Shown here: piece by piece, positions 30,372 through 39,489 of the stretch | Numbering within the stretch: the first letter of the stretch is position 1 | How the letters are laid out: each line of letters starts with the position of its first letter | NCBI GenBank assembly: GCA_964390325.1 | Contig: CAYMHX010000001.1 | Coordinates: 1-45,562, forward strand | DNA length: 45,562 nucleotides | Reading direction: 5' to 3' | From: an uncultured Roseburia sp. | GTDB taxonomy: Bacteria; Bacillota; Clostridia; Lachnospirales; Lachnospiraceae | Notes under the pieces: generated by a model | Databases searched by the model: none | Told to the model about the DNA's origin: nothing | Seen by the model: only the letters and a program-made list of their open reading frames with translations | Program-made: the position numbers and the translations under genes

Positions 30372-31070
30372 ATGTTACGAGAAAATTTAGAACAGGTGGA
30401 AAAGAAAATCCAGGCAGCGTGTGAAAGAGTGGGAAGAAGCCGAGAAGAAGTGACATTGATTGCAGTCAGTAAAACGAAACCAATAGAAATGTTAATGGAA
30501 GTATATGAAGCAGGAACACGTCATTTTGGCGAGAATAAGGTGCAGGAGCTTTGCGAGAAAATGGAACATATGCCAAAGGATATTAAATGGCATATGATTG
30601 GTCATTTGCAGCGTAATAAAGTAAAATATCTTATAGGAAATCAGGTGGAATTGATTCATTCGGTCGATTCTTATCGCTTGGCTGAAGAAATTAATCTTCA
30701 TGCAAAGAAGAAAAATGTCATTGTACCGATTTTAGTAGAGGTAAATATTGCTGAAGAAGAAACAAAATTTGGTATTTTGGCAGAGGATGCGATGGAATTA
30801 ATTGTGCAAATTGCCAAATTAGAAAATATTAAAATTGAAGGTTTAATGACAATCGCACCATATGTCGAAGATGCAGAAGAAAATCGTTTGTATTTTCGAC
30901 GAATTAAACAATTATCTGTTGACATAGGAAATAAAAACATAGATAATGTATCTATGAAAATTTTATCAATGGGTATGACAGGTGACTATGAAGTGGCAAT
31001 TGAAGAAGGTGCTACCTTAGTCCGTGTCGGGACAGGAATTTTTGGAGAAAGAAATTATAATAAAAAATGA
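30372..31070 (+). CDS. yggS: PLP homeostasis protein YggS/YlmE
   Basis: LIAVSKT, FGENKVQE, WHMIGHLQRNK, LSMGMTGDY, VRVGTGIFG. Confidence 0.96.
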   Translation: MLRENLEQVEKKIQAACERVGRSREEVTLIAVSKTKPIEMLMEVYEAGTRHFGENKVQELCEKMEHMPKDIKWHMIGHLQRNKVKYLIGNQVELIHSVDSYRLAEEINLHAKKKNVIVPILVEVNIAEEETKFGILAEDAMELIVQIAKLENIKIEGLMTIAPYVEDAEENRLYFRRIKQLSVDIGNKNIDNVSMKILSMGMTGDYEVAIEEGATLVRVGTGIFGERNYNKK

Positions 31071-31165
31071 GATTGAGTAACTATAAATGTAATGGATAAG
31101 AGTAACTTTTTGAAATAAGAAAGTGCTTAAAAAATGACAGTTAGAGAAATGAAAGGAAATTTTTC

Positions 31166-31750
31166 ATGGGACTTTTTGATAATTTTTTAGATGCAATGCG
31201 TATTAATCCAGATGAATCTGGAGAATTTTTAAATCCGGCATATGATGATGATGAAGACGAAGGTGAAGAAGAACCGGTAAAAGTTGTAAAAAACAAAAAA
31301 TCGGTAAAAGCTTCTAATAAGCAGACAGGAAAAGAAAAAACAGCAAGAGAATATAAGCATGAAAGCGAGGATGAAGAAGTTGTGAATGAAACAAAAGAAA
31401 AACAGACAAAAACTTCAGCTGGTGTGATTACAGAAATTCATTCAGTGAAAAAGAGTTCATTTGGTTCAGCAGGAGAAACTTATATTTTAAAACCAACTTC
31501 CTTTGATGATGTGAAAAAAATTACAGAAAATCTTAGAAATAACCGTACAATTGTATTAAGTTTAGAGGGGCTTGATGTAACACTTGCTCATCGTATTATT
31601 GACTTTGCATTTGGTACGGTTCATGCAGTAGATGGAAAGCTGGAAGAAATTTCACGCTGTATTTTTGTAATTGCACCTTCCAGTGCAAGAATTTTAGGCG
31701 ACCTTTCAGAAGGTGGAAATTCTTTAGATAGAAATAATCCAAGGTATTAG
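31166..31750 (+). CDS. sepF: Cell division protein SepF
   Basis: N-terminal amphipathic MGLFDNFLDAM, acidic linker, KPTSFDD...RIIDF.FG. Confidence 0.88.
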   Translation: MGLFDNFLDAMRINPDESGEFLNPAYDDDEDEGEEEPVKVVKNKKSVKASNKQTGKEKTAREYKHESEDEEVVNETKEKQTKTSAGVITEIHSVKKSSFGSAGETYILKPTSFDDVKKITENLRNNRTIVLSLEGLDVTLAHRIIDFAFGTVHAVDGKLEEISRCIFVIAPSSARILGDLSEGGNSLDRNNPRY

Positions 31751-31760
31751 GCAGAAGTTT

Positions 31761-32537
31761 ATGAATGAACAAGAACTTTGTAAAAAAAGATTAATGGATT
31801 TATCAAAACAGGCAGACCGCAGGGGGATTGTATTATTTAGCGATTTCCTTAATTTAAATGAACAAAATATTTGTCAGCAGAACCAAAAGTTTTTTGAAAC
31901 GAAGATACAAAGTTTTGGTGGAACTGATTTTGCAGAGCGTCAGATAATAGCCTTTATTCCTGATGCTCTTTGTTATGAAATGAATTTTTCATCGAAAGAT
32001 TTGCTGGAATACCCGATTACAGCAATAAAAATAGAACCTGTACATCCGAAATTTGCAGAAAAATTTGGACATAGAGATGTGTTGGGAGCATTAATGCATC
32101 TTGGTATTGAACGCGGTAAAATTGGTGATATTTATATGAATGAAGATGCCTGCTATTTTATCTGTGAAAAATCAATAGCAGATTTTTTTATTACAAATCT
32201 CGATAAAATCAAGCATACCGCAGTAAAACTTTCCAGGACTTCACTAAAAGAGTTAAAGTCGGTACAAAAATTAAAAGAAATGGATGGTATCGTTACCTCA
32301 AATCGTTTGGACAGTATGATTGCTTGTGTTTTTAAATTGTCCAGAAGTCAGGCATTAGAGCTTTTGCGGGCTGGAAAAGTATTTGTAAATGGAAAAGAAA
32401 TATTAAATCCTTCTTATGAAGTGAAGGAAAACGAAATTGTTTCTTTAAGAGGTTTAGGCAGATTTCTTTTTTCTGGTGAAGTTGGAACTACCGGGAAAGG
32501 CAGAATTAAGATAAAATATAAATTATATGAATCATAA
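31761..32537 (+). CDS. ylmH: YlmH/Sll1252 S4-domain RNA-binding protein
   Basis: FGG...AER, HRDVLGALM, GDI, RLDS...SRS, SLRGLGR. Confidence 0.9.
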   Translation: MNEQELCKKRLMDLSKQADRRGIVLFSDFLNLNEQNICQQNQKFFETKIQSFGGTDFAERQIIAFIPDALCYEMNFSSKDLLEYPITAIKIEPVHPKFAEKFGHRDVLGALMHLGIERGKIGDIYMNEDACYFICEKSIADFFITNLDKIKHTAVKLSRTSLKELKSVQKLKEMDGIVTSNRLDSMIACVFKLSRSQALELLRAGKVFVNGKEILNPSYEVKENEIVSLRGLGRFLFSGEVGTTGKGRIKIKYKLYES

Positions 32538-32566
32538 AGAAAATTTAGAAAGGTATAGTTATTAGT

Positions 32567-33658
32567 ATGAGTAAATTATTACCGGTAAATTATAATGGTA
32601 CATTTTGCTATGATATATATATTACAGATGGTTTTGGAGAATTGGCAAAACGTATCAAGGCATTAGGCTATGATAAAGAAAAAAAGCTTTGTATTGTAAC
32701 GGACAGTAATGTAGCTCCATTATATGCTAAAGTAGTACAAGAGGAACTGGAAAAAGAATTTTCTTCTGTATTTTTATACACCTTTACAGCAGGAGAGGAA
32801 CATAAAAATACAGATACTTTAAATGGGATTTATGAATTTCTAATTCAAAACCGTTTTGACAGACAGGATGCTTTAGTGGCACTTGGAGGCGGTGTAACAG
32901 GAGATATGACAGGTTATGCAGCGGCGACCTATCTGCGCGGTATTGATTTCATTCAGGTGCCGACTACGTTATTATCCCAGACAGACAGTAGTATTGGCGG
33001 TAAGACAGGCATTGATTTTATGCAGTACAAAAATATGGTGGGGGCATTTTATATGCCGAAGCTGGTTTATATGAATCTTTCAGTATTGAAAACGCTGCCG
33101 AAAGAACAGTTGATTTCTGGTTTTGGAGAAATTTTAAAGCATGGTTTAATCAAAGACTTGTCATATTTTCATTGGCTGAAAGAACATTATGATGCAGTTT
33201 GGGCATTAGAATATGAAGCATTGGAATTTATGATTTATGAAAGCTGTAAAATCAAACGAGGCGTGGTGGAAAGAGACCCAAAGGAAAAAGGAGAACGTGC
33301 CTTACTAAACTTTGGTCATACCATCGGTCATGCCATTGAAAAATTGTCAAATTTTAAATTGACACATGGTACTTGTGTAGGACTTGGTATTGTAGCAGCT
33401 TCTTACTTGTCAAAAGAGCAGAAAAACCTCTCTGTGGAAGAACTTTCCATGATTGAGGAAACATTGGCTTATTTTGGCTTACAGACACGCGTGGAGGGGC
33501 TTTTGGCAGAAGATATCTTATCTGCAACCAAATCGGATAAAAAAATGGTTGGTTCACAGGTGAAATTTATTCTATTAAAGACACCTGGAGAGGCTTATAT
33601 TTATAAAGAATTGACAGATGAGCAGATATTAGCAGGAATTTCTTATGTATTAAAATAA
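32567..33658 (+). CDS. aroB: 3-dehydroquinate synthase
   Basis: LGGGVTGD, PTTLLSQTDSSIGGKT, LNFGHTIGHAIE, HG, DKK. Confidence 0.96.
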   Translation: MSKLLPVNYNGTFCYDIYITDGFGELAKRIKALGYDKEKKLCIVTDSNVAPLYAKVVQEELEKEFSSVFLYTFTAGEEHKNTDTLNGIYEFLIQNRFDRQDALVALGGGVTGDMTGYAAATYLRGIDFIQVPTTLLSQTDSSIGGKTGIDFMQYKNMVGAFYMPKLVYMNLSVLKTLPKEQLISGFGEILKHGLIKDLSYFHWLKEHYDAVWALEYEALEFMIYESCKIKRGVVERDPKEKGERALLNFGHTIGHAIEKLSNFKLTHGTCVGLGIVAASYLSKEQKNLSVEELSMIEETLAYFGLQTRVEGLLAEDILSATKSDKKMVGSQVKFILLKTPGEAYIYKELTDEQILAGISYVLK

Positions 33659-33661
33659 TTT

Positions 33662-33695
33662 GTAACTATTCAGAGCCAAGGCAATTTTCATAAAA
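33662..33695. repeat. Element end, inverted copy of 40482-40515
   Basis: gtaactattcagagccaaggcaattttcataaaa vs reverse complement gtaatcattcagaaccaaggcaattttcataaaa (31/34). Confidence 0.8.
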
Positions 33696-33720
33696 GATTT
33701 AGAATAATTGAGTAAGGGAA

Positions 33721-33747
33721 GTAACTATGATAATATAAAGTAGTTAC
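33721..33747. repeat. 27-bp mini-element variant
   Basis: gtaactat-gataatataaa-gtagttac. Confidence 0.6.
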
Positions 33748-33757
33748 AAGAGGAATT

Positions 33758-34303
33758 ATGAACCGAGTATTAAAACGTGGAATCATCGGGGCGGTTATTT
33801 CCGCTTGTTTGGTGGCATTAGACCAGTTTACAAAGCAGTTAGCAGTCATTTATTTAAAAAATCAGCCCAATATTGTGCTATGGGAAGGTGTTTTTGAACT
33901 GGAATATTTAGAAAATAGAGGAGCTGCCTTTGGCATTATGCAGGGACAGAAGCTTTTTTTTGTAATATTTACTTCCATTTCAATGGCACTTATTGGATGG
34001 TTTTATTTAAAAAGAATTCCAAAAGAGAAAAAATATCGTTATTTGGATATCATTTGTATTTTGCTTTTTGCGGGAGGAATTGGTAATTTTATTGACCGAA
34101 TACGTTTGAATTATGTAATAGATTTTTTCTATTTTTCTTTGATAAATTTTCCAATTTTTAATGTGGCAGATATTTATGTGACGGTGGCAGCTTTTGCAAT
34201 GATTACATTGGGAATGTTTTATTATAAAGAAGAAGATTATGATTTGCTTTTCCCACCATCTAAGAAAGAGAAGGATAAAAAAAGTGAAAATAGAAGTATT
34301 TGA
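33758..34303 (+). CDS. lspA: Lipoprotein signal peptidase II
   Basis: DQFTK, NRGAAFG, GNFIDR, VIDF, FNVAD. Confidence 0.96.
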   Translation: MNRVLKRGIIGAVISACLVALDQFTKQLAVIYLKNQPNIVLWEGVFELEYLENRGAAFGIMQGQKLFFVIFTSISMALIGWFYLKRIPKEKKYRYLDIICILLFAGGIGNFIDRIRLNYVIDFFYFSLINFPIFNVADIYVTVAAFAMITLGMFYYKEEDYDLLFPPSKKEKDKKSENRSI

Positions 34304-35198
34304 GGTGGAATTTGAAAAGGAAGGAGAACGGCTGGATAAGTATATTAGTATGTTATTTCCGGAACAGTCTCGTTCGTTTTTTCAGAAGATTATAAAAGAT
34401 GGGCATGTGACGGTAAATGAAAGAATAGAAAAGGCAAATTACCGTTTGAAAGCAGAAGATTTAGTGAAGGTAGAAATTCCGGATGCTGTGGAAACGCAAA
34501 TTCTTCCAGAAGATATTCCATTAGATATTCTTTATGAAGACGAAGATTTACTTGTAGTAAATAAACCAAAAGGAATGGTGGTACATCCATCAGCAGGTCA
34601 TACTTCAGGAACACTTGTAAATGCGGTTATGTTTCATTGCAGGGATAGTTTGTCTGGTATTAATGGAGAAATCAGGCCTGGAATTGTACATCGGATTGAT
34701 ATGGATACAACAGGTTCTTTGATTGTATGTAAAAACGATGAAACACATCTTGCCATTGCAGAGCAAATTAAAGTCCATTCCGTAAACCGTATTTATCGTG
34801 GGATTGTGTTAGGAGCAGTAAAAGAGGAAGAAGGAACCATTCATGCACCAATTGGCCGTCATCCGATAGAACGAAAAAAGATGGCAATTAATGAAAAAAA
34901 TGGCAAGGATGCCATTACGCATTATAAAGTGTTGGAACGTTTTGGAAATTATACTTATATGGAATTTAAGCTGGAAACGGGCAGAACGCATCAAATCCGT
35001 GTGCATATGGCAAGTATCGGGCATCCGTTATTGGGAGATGCCTTATATTCGACTGGAAAAAGTCCTTATAAATTGCAGGGACAGACACTTCATGCAATGG
35101 TGATAGGATTTCTTCATCCAAGGCGAAAAGAATATATTGAAATTTTGGCACCATTGCCTGAATATTTTGAGAAAATAATAAAGGATATGCGAAATTGA
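34284..35198 (+). CDS. rluD: RluA/RluD family pseudouridine synthase (GTG at 34284)
   Basis: S4 domain (RLDKY), NKPKGMVVHP, HRIDMDTTG, GRTHQIRVH. Confidence 0.92.
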   Translation: MKIEVFEVEFEKEGERLDKYISMLFPEQSRSFFQKIIKDGHVTVNERIEKANYRLKAEDLVKVEIPDAVETQILPEDIPLDILYEDEDLLVVNKPKGMVVHPSAGHTSGTLVNAVMFHCRDSLSGINGEIRPGIVHRIDMDTTGSLIVCKNDETHLAIAEQIKVHSVNRIYRGIVLGAVKEEEGTIHAPIGRHPIERKKMAINEKNGKDAITHYKVLERFGNYTYMEFKLETGRTHQIRVHMASIGHPLLGDALYSTGKSPYKLQGQTLHAMVIGFLHPRRKEYIEILAPLPEYFEKIIKDMRN

Positions 35199-35238
35199 TT
35201 TACTTTTTTCTGAAATTTATATATAATATAACTATATG

Positions 35239-35264
35239 GTAACTATTCAGTACTTCATAGTTGC
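35239..35264. repeat. 26-bp mini-element in inverted orientation
   Basis: gtaactattcagtac-ttcatagttgc matches the reverse complement of 28869-28895 with 1 gap and 2 mismatches. Confidence 0.75.
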
Positions 35265-35318
35265 AATAATCTATCATTTTTAGAGCTTTGTTCTAAATCG
35301 TTATAGATTATGATAATT

Positions 35319-35344
35319 GTAATTGTTCAGAAGAGTACAGCTAC
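35319..35344. repeat. 26-bp decayed mini-element
   Basis: gtaattgttcag...cagctac. Confidence 0.45.
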
Positions 35345-35381
35345 GCATATTTTATAAAAAATAAGAAAAGGTGGGTTTCAT

Positions 35382-36014
35382 ATGGCAAATCAGATTTACA
35401 CAATTAGTAGAGAGTTCGGAAGCGGCGGACAATATGTAGGAGAGGAATTGGCAAAACGCTTAGGAATTAAGCTGTATGACAAAGAATTATTACAAGAGGC
35501 AGCAAAACAAAGCGGATTTTGTGAAGAAATTTTTGAAAATCACGATGAAAAACCAACAAGCAGCTTTTTATATTCTTTAGTAATGGATACCTATTCTGCA
35601 AATGGATATTCTACATCTTCATTTTTAGATATGCCGTTAAACCATAAGGTGTTTTTAGCACAGTTTGAAACTATTCGTAAAATTGCAGAGAGAGAGTCTT
35701 GCGTTATCGTAGGCCGCTGTGCAGATTATGCATTGGCAGAGCATCCAAATTGCATTAACGTGTTTATCAAAGCAGAAATGGATTATCGTATCAAATTAAT
35801 CGCAGAGCGTTCTAATTTAACAGAGAACAAAGCAAAAGATATGCTTATTAAGCAGGATAAGCAGAGAGCAAGTTACTATAATTATTATACAAGCAAAAAA
35901 TGGGGAGATGCAAAGAGCTATGACCTTTGCTTAGATGCTGGTAAGCTTGGAAATACAGGATGCGTAGATATGATTTTGAAATTTAAAGAAATTATGGATG
36001 CAAAAAATAAATAA
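35382..36014 (+). CDS. Cytidylate kinase-like family protein
   Basis: ISREFGSGG, VIVGRCAD, DKQRASYY, YDLC. Confidence 0.88.
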   Translation: MANQIYTISREFGSGGQYVGEELAKRLGIKLYDKELLQEAAKQSGFCEEIFENHDEKPTSSFLYSLVMDTYSANGYSTSSFLDMPLNHKVFLAQFETIRKIAERESCVIVGRCADYALAEHPNCINVFIKAEMDYRIKLIAERSNLTENKAKDMLIKQDKQRASYYNYYTSKKWGDAKSYDLCLDAGKLGNTGCVDMILKFKEIMDAKNK

Positions 36015-36054
36015 AAGAGCAGTAGAAGTAACAAATAAAATTACATAAAAATAG

Positions 36055-36108
36055 AAACCGAAAATACAATCATTTTTGAAAAAGAAAGATTGCGTTTTCG
36101 GTTTTTTT
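36055..36108 (+). terminator. Intrinsic terminator
   Basis: aaaccgaaaatacaatc...gattgcgttttcggttt followed by a T-run. Confidence 0.7.
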
Positions 36109-36119
36109 ATTGAAAAATC

Positions 36120-36278
36120 ATAACTATTCAAAGTATATAGGCGGTGATTGAAAATCACGCCTGCGCCACACGCGGTCACGAAGTGACAAATTCCTTATAC
36201 GCGTGTGTGTGCATCCCCCGGAGGGTCTATATATGAGGCGAAGTTTTTAATCGCCGAATATATAGGTTAAATAGCGAG
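36120..36278. mobile_element. 159-bp GC-richer, highly structured MITE-like element
   Basis: 43-bp imperfect terminal inverted repeats (30/43 ungapped) starting ataactattcaa; several internal hairpins. Confidence 0.6.
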
Positions 36279-36511
36279 TGTTTTAAGTGTGTAAAATTTA
36301 TAAAAAGAAAAACTACCACAAACCGTATTTATATTATACTCAAACATAACTGACTTTCTACAACAAAATCAAAATATCTGATAGCTCTGTGAACAGTAAC
36401 CAAAAACTTACACCCTCTTACAAAAATATTAACATTGTAGGAATGCTTTAAATAGTGTAAGATATAATTATAAATTTTATTTTATGGCTTATGCAAGAGA
36501 GAAGGTTTTAT

Positions 36512-39466
36512 ATGGAAAAAGAAATCGTAAGTTACTTAACAGGATTATACATGCAAGAAACATTTTTAGAAAAATCAAAAACTTTCTTAAAACAATATTT
36601 TTCTAAAAACTGCTACATAGCAGCATTGGATATTGAACACTTCCGTTTATATAATAAAATACATGGCAGGGAAGCCGGAGATGATGTTTTGAAAATGGTT
36701 TCAAAACATTTAAAACAGTTTCAAAAGGTACATGGCGGAGAAATTGGATATTTTGGCGGTGATAATTTTGCAATTGTAACCTTTGCTGATATTTCTAAAT
36801 TATTAGAACTATGTGAAGAAATTCAAAATGAAGTGAAGCTTAGATGTGATAGTATGGGATATTGCCCTGCGATTGGTTTTTGTCGTATCAATGATGATAC
36901 GCTTCCTATGACAACGGTTTATGACAGAGCCACCATTGCACTTTCTCATATCAAAGGAAATTATAGCAAACATATCTGTGAATATAACTCTGATATGGAA
37001 GAAAAACTAGAAGAAGAACTTCGGATTTTATCCGAAGTGCAAAAAGGAATTGATAAGGATGAATTTACTTTTTACATTCAGCCACAATGTGATATTGTGA
37101 AAGGAAAAATCGTTGGCGGAGAATCTTTGGTACGCTGGATACATTCAGAGAAAGGCGTTATTTCTCCAGGTAAATTTATTCCTGTTTTAGAAAAAAACGG
37201 TTTTATCGCAGACCTTGACCGTATTGTATGGAAAAAAGTCTGCAAATGGCAGAGAGAATATTTAGACAGAGGATATGAACTGTTGCCAATTTCTATTAAT
37301 GTATCGCAGATTGATATTTTTTCAATGGATGTGCCAAGCTATTTGATAGGACTTATGGAAAAATATCAGCTTCCATCGGAAGCAATTAAGGTAGAAATTA
37401 CCGAAAGTGCTTATGCAGAAAATGAAGAAAAAATCGTTCAAACGGTAGATAAACTTCGAGAATATGGAATGATAGTTATGATGGACGATTTTGGAAGTGG
37501 TTATTCCTCTTTGAATATGTTAAAAAGTGTTCCGGTTGATATTTTAAAAATGGATATGCGTTTTTTAGATATCAGTGAAACAGATGTGGAAAAAGGAATG
37601 GGTATCTTAGAATCTGTCATTAATATGGCAAAACAAATGAAAATACCCATTGTTGTAGAAGGGGTTGAAACGGAACATCAAGAAAAATTTCTTTTGGAGA
37701 TGGGCTGCAGATATGTACAAGGTTATCATTATTATAAACCAATGCCAAAGGAACATTTTGAAAATCTGATTTCAGACCCAAGGAATGTAACCTACGAAGG
37801 TTTTTGGTGCCGTCAGACAGAATCTATGCATATCAAAGAATTTTTCGATATGAATTTGTTTGATGAAGTATCTGCGAACAATATTTTGGGTCCTGCTGCC
37901 TTTTATGATGTCTATGAAAATAATATTGAAATTACAAGAGTAAATAAACCGTATCTGTATTTAGCAGGTGCTTTAGAACAGGAAGAAACTTATCAAAAAC
38001 GGTTTTGGAATCATGTAAGAGATGATGACCGACAAGTTTTAGTTAATATTTTTAAACAAGCCTATTATAATACATTGGATGGAGGTTCTGGATTTATTCA
38101 TTTTGTAAGAGAAGATGAAAAGGTTTTATGGGTATTTATTCGGGTGTATTTTTTAAGAGAAAAATCAGGGCATAAAATATTTTACGGCTCTCTTACAGAT
38201 ATGACTAGGTTAGAAAAACAAAAACATGATATGGCTCAAATGGAAATTTCGGCAGAGAAGATAACAGAACTTCAGTATGAAGCGATGGAACAATATTATG
38301 GAAATTTACCATGTGGCTATGGCATCGGAAAAGTTGTATTAAATGAAATTGGAAAACCGATTGATTATGAAATTATTTATGCCAATAAGCAAATTGCTCG
38401 CATCAGTGGTGGCAATGAAACAAGATTACGTTCTATGATGGGAAAAGTTTTTTCGGATGCAATCTCGGAATTTCTTACAAAAGCATATCAGGCAGCTTAT
38501 GTAGGAGAACCAACCTCTTTTCGTGTACACAGTAAGGAAACAAGCCGTTATTTAAAAATAACCATGTACCAATATCAGTATGGATATGTCAGCTGTATGG
38601 TACAGGATGAAACATATAGTCGTATCTATGAAAAGGCATTGAGGAATGTCATGTTATTTTTTAGGGAAGTTTATTTCCTTCATTTACAGGAGAATTATTG
38701 CCGTCTGCTCTATCCGGATGATAATCATTTGTTAGAACGCGGAAATTATGAAGAAGTGGTAAATAGACATTTTGCAACTGGAAAAATTTTAAAATATGAC
38801 GAAGAACGTGTTCGGAAATTTTTATCTTTGGAAAATTTGAAAAAAGTATTACTAAAACAAAATTCCGTAGAATATCGTTATAAACGGTATATTCATCCTG
38901 CAGGCGAAGAATGGTGTCAGACATCTGTAAATGTGATAGAACGACAAGAGAATGGAACGCCAAAAACAGCTATTATTACGATTCGCAGTATTGAAGCATT
39001 GATGCGTGAGCGTGAAGACCACAGACGCAGCAATATGGCCGAAATGCTGGCTACGATGTCAGAAGGGTTCTTTGTTTATCAGGCAACCGGAGATGAAAAA
39101 ATTTTATACGCAAATCCGAAAGTATTACATATTTTTGGTTGTGAAACAATGGAAGAATTTTATCAATTGGTAAATTCCTCTTTCCAAACCTTAGTACATC
39201 CGGAAGATATCAAACGTGTACAATGGGAAATTCGTGAACAAGTAAAACGTTCGGAAACAAAAATGGATTTTATTCGTTATCGTATCATCCGAAAAGACGG
39301 CAGTATCCGCTGGATTGATGATTGTGGTCATTTAGATGGAAGTGGGATTGGAGAAGATAAGAAGTTATTTTATGTTTTTATTTCGGATATTACAGATACG
39401 ATATCAGAGGTGCAGAAAGAAAAATTGATAACACAGAGTAAACTTTTTAATGCAGATTTAAATTAA
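36512..39466 (+). CDS. c-di-GMP phosphodiesterase-like protein: degenerate GGDEF, EAL, C-terminal PAS-like domains (start 36512 or 36491)
   Basis: GGDNF; ESLVRW, SINVS, EITES, DDFGSGYSS, EGVE, QGY; VHPED...YRIIRKDGSIRW. Confidence 0.88.
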   Translation: MEKEIVSYLTGLYMQETFLEKSKTFLKQYFSKNCYIAALDIEHFRLYNKIHGREAGDDVLKMVSKHLKQFQKVHGGEIGYFGGDNFAIVTFADISKLLELCEEIQNEVKLRCDSMGYCPAIGFCRINDDTLPMTTVYDRATIALSHIKGNYSKHICEYNSDMEEKLEEELRILSEVQKGIDKDEFTFYIQPQCDIVKGKIVGGESLVRWIHSEKGVISPGKFIPVLEKNGFIADLDRIVWKKVCKWQREYLDRGYELLPISINVSQIDIFSMDVPSYLIGLMEKYQLPSEAIKVEITESAYAENEEKIVQTVDKLREYGMIVMMDDFGSGYSSLNMLKSVPVDILKMDMRFLDISETDVEKGMGILESVINMAKQMKIPIVVEGVETEHQEKFLLEMGCRYVQGYHYYKPMPKEHFENLISDPRNVTYEGFWCRQTESMHIKEFFDMNLFDEVSANNILGPAAFYDVYENNIEITRVNKPYLYLAGALEQEETYQKRFWNHVRDDDRQVLVNIFKQAYYNTLDGGSGFIHFVREDEKVLWVFIRVYFLREKSGHKIFYGSLTDMTRLEKQKHDMAQMEISAEKITELQYEAMEQYYGNLPCGYGIGKVVLNEIGKPIDYEIIYANKQIARISGGNETRLRSMMGKVFSDAISEFLTKAYQAAYVGEPTSFRVHSKETSRYLKITMYQYQYGYVSCMVQDETYSRIYEKALRNVMLFFREVYFLHLQENYCRLLYPDDNHLLERGNYEEVVNRHFATGKILKYDEERVRKFLSLENLKKVLLKQNSVEYRYKRYIHPAGEEWCQTSVNVIERQENGTPKTAIITIRSIEALMREREDHRRSNMAEMLATMSEGFFVYQATGDEKILYANPKVLHIFGCETMEEFYQLVNSSFQTLVHPEDIKRVQWEIREQVKRSETKMDFIRYRIIRKDGSIRWIDDCGHLDGSGIGEDKKLFYVFISDITDTISEVQKEKLITQSKLFNADLN

Positions 39467-39489
39467 GCAAATGTAAAACTGAGGTAAAA

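Noticed and set aside
35277..35297. ttttagagct resembles the start of type II-A CRISPR repeats (also tttagagcta at 7628)
   Set aside because: No regularly spaced repeat-spacer array and no cas genes; explained by local palindromes and element ends.
36120..36490. c-di-GMP riboswitch upstream of the EAL gene
   Set aside because: I could not find the GEMM-type P1/P2 pattern with GNRA tetraloop and receptor; the stems belong to a repeat also present at 28832. An Rfam scan would be decisive.
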